Shown here one piece after another: positions 61,721 through 64,000 of a stretch of 64,000 bases of DNA (position 1 is its first letter; the number at the start of each line of letters is the position of its first letter). The translations under genes and the position numbers were made by a program. The DNA is from Leucoraja erinacea. Lineage: Eukaryota. Location of the stretch: assembly GCF_028641065.1 (NCBI RefSeq), contig NC_073410.1:17794001-17858000 (forward strand). The letters are read 5' to 3'. The notes beneath the pieces were generated by a model. That model searched no databases, had not been told where the DNA came from, and saw only the letters and a list, made by a program, of their open reading frames with translations.

Positions 61721-62998
61721 TAATAACTGTATTTCTAGAGCACTTTAAAACTACCACAGTTGCAACAAAGTGCTGAACATGACTGGTCATGGACAATACA
61801 TTTTTACATATCAATACAAACATTAAACGAAAGAGTAAAAACAATGAAAATTAAAAACATTAAAAGCACTAAACACAGGAGCAAAGTCTCAAGCAGTGTC
61901 AAAAGCCAAAGAATATAAATGTGTTTTAATGTTGGTTTTGAAGATGGACAGTGAGGGGGCCTGTCTGATATGCAACGGCGGGGTGTTCCAGAGTGCCGGA
62001 GCAGCAACAGAGAAGGCTCTATCCCCTCTGAGCTTCCGCTTAGACCTCGGTACCTCCAGGAGCAGTTGATCAGCTGACCTGAGTCATCGGGCATGAGCGT
62101 ATGGGTGGAACAGTTCAGAGAGGTAAGTCGGGGCGACCCCATTTAGAGTTTTAAAAACAAGTAAAATAATTATAAGATGAACTCGAAAGTGCACAGGGAG
62201 CCAGTGGAGGAAGGCCAGAATTGGCGTTATGTGCTCCCTCTTTCGAGTTCCAGTTAAAACGCGAGCGGCAGCATTTTTAACCAACTGGAGACGAGCCAGT
62301 GAAAATCGTGCAACTCCAAAGTAGAGTGCGTTAGAGTAATCCAGCCTAGATGTAATAAAGGCATAGATTACTGTTTCAAAATGCTGCCGCTCGAGAATGG
62401 GCTTCACCTTTGCCAGTTTCCTTAGGTGAAAGAAGCTGGACTTAACCACAGCGCCTATTTGATGATCTAGTTTAAAATCACTGTCCATCCTAAAACCCAG
62501 GTTTAAAACGGTTGGCTTCACGTACCGTGCCAGTGGACCCAAGTCAGCAAGGGAAGGTTCACGGCAGCCATTGGGACCAAACAATATCACCTGTCTTCTT
62601 CTCATTAAATCCTAGAAAGTTTAGGGCCATCCAGGACTTAATGCCCTCAAGACATGACAAAAGTGATTTGACAGAAAAGGCGTCTTCCTTCCTCAGTGGC
62701 ATATATAATTGGCTATCACCGGCATAACAGTGAAAAGAGATGCCATGCTGTCTAAGAAAGGAACCCACGGGAAGTAGGTATAATGAGAAAAGCAGGGGCC
62801 ATAAAATTGAGCCCTGTGGGACCCCATGTGACAGAGGAGCGGAGGAGGATTCAAAACCAGCAAGGCTTACACGCATGGTTATGTCTGCCAGATAGGACCT
62901 GAACCATCCCAGGGCACTGCCACAGATTCCCACTAGGTGCTGTAATCGAGATATTAAGATACCATGGCCAACTGTATCAAAGGCGGCAGATAGGTCCA
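61675..62998 (-). mobile_element. L2 LINE 3' fragment with (TTA)n tail
   Basis: DLSAAFDTV..GVPQGSIL..YAGDSQLY..SRLDYSNAL..LHWLPV. (AAT)n at 61675-61725. GATATT at 61669-61674 and 62999-63004 is a likely TSD inside a CR1 tail. Confidence 0.9.
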
Positions 62999-64000
62999 GA
63001 TATTGAGTTGGATAAATAGTAATGAACATATTGAATGGCGGTGCAGGCTCGATAGGCCGAATAGCCTACTCCTGTACATATTTTCTATATTTCTGTGTTT
63101 TTATGGATAGGACAGGTTTCGAGGGATATGGACCAAACGCGGGGAAGTGAGGTTAACGTTGCAGGGACATGTTGGCCGATGTGGGCAAGTTGGACCGAAG
63201 TTGGCCATACTGTATAACTCTACGACTGTATGCCTCACAAAGATATGGGCCCGGGACGACTCACGGTAGGATTTGTCTTTAAATAACTTTCTCGTAATCC
63301 CCCCTTTCTTTCTTTCTTTCTTCCTTTCTCTCTTTATATCTTTCTCTCTCGCTCTCTCTTTCGCTCTCTCTCTCTCTCTCTTTTTTTCTCTTTCCCTTTC
63401 GTCCTCTTTCACAACCTCTTCTTCCTTTCCCTCGCTTTTTAAGAATAACGAGGAAAGAGATTGAAATTTATTACCTTCCGTCACAATGAGGAACGTGAGG
63501 GATCCGCAGTGGTGGATGTTTATATTCACATGGAACCCTTGAAAGTTTGAGTGGCCCTTGGTTATGCTGGCAGGAAAAGTATCATTTCATTTAGTTTAGA
63601 GATCCAACTTCGGCCCACCGAGTCTGCGGCGACCAGCGATCCCCGAACCACACACACTAGGAAGGATTTGTTATTTTATCAAATCAATTCGCCTATAAAC
63701 CTGTTTTATTTCGTTTACTTTAGTTGTGTTTACTTTACTTTCATGCAGATTAGATTAATTTAGTTAGGTGTATATTGTCACGTGCAACGAGGTACAGTGA
63801 CATTGTTGTTGTTGTGTGCTATCCAGTCCGCAAAGGATTACAATCAATCCATCCAGAGTGGACCCATAATGGAGAAATTTATAATGTTTTGGTCAAGATA
63901 AAGTCCAGGAAAGTCCGATTAAAGATAACTCGAAGGTCTTCAATCAGTAAAAGGGACAGGACCGCTCTCTGGTTGGAGATAGGACGGTTCATTTACCCGA

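Overview
Vertebrate genomic DNA with about a dozen assembly gaps. The CR1/L2/Rex1/DIRS/Penelope repeat mix and the V-gene sequences suggest a cartilaginous fish, probably a skate or ray; this is inference. The window holds part of an unrearranged T-cell receptor beta-type V-gene region. Five V segments have a 37-nt leader exon, a phase-1 intron and a V exon. V1 lies on the + strand (3666-4520) and carries a 1-nt frameshift. V2-V5 form a tandem - strand family: V2, V3 and V5 are intact with 23-RSS, and V4 has Trp->Arg and is cut by a gap. There is also an orphan leader with an ACG start. All resemble mammalian TRBV30 (TIHQ/TVxQ-P...CTxEG...YWY...FYS...YFCAWS). V1 and the V2-V5 array point toward each other, and no D, J or C segment is recognisable between them. 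The rest is nested transposons (Gypsy, Penelope, DIRS, L1/Tx1, CR1, Rex1, L2, and a Helitron-like tandem array carrying CR1 fragments) and long CT/GA low-complexity tracts.
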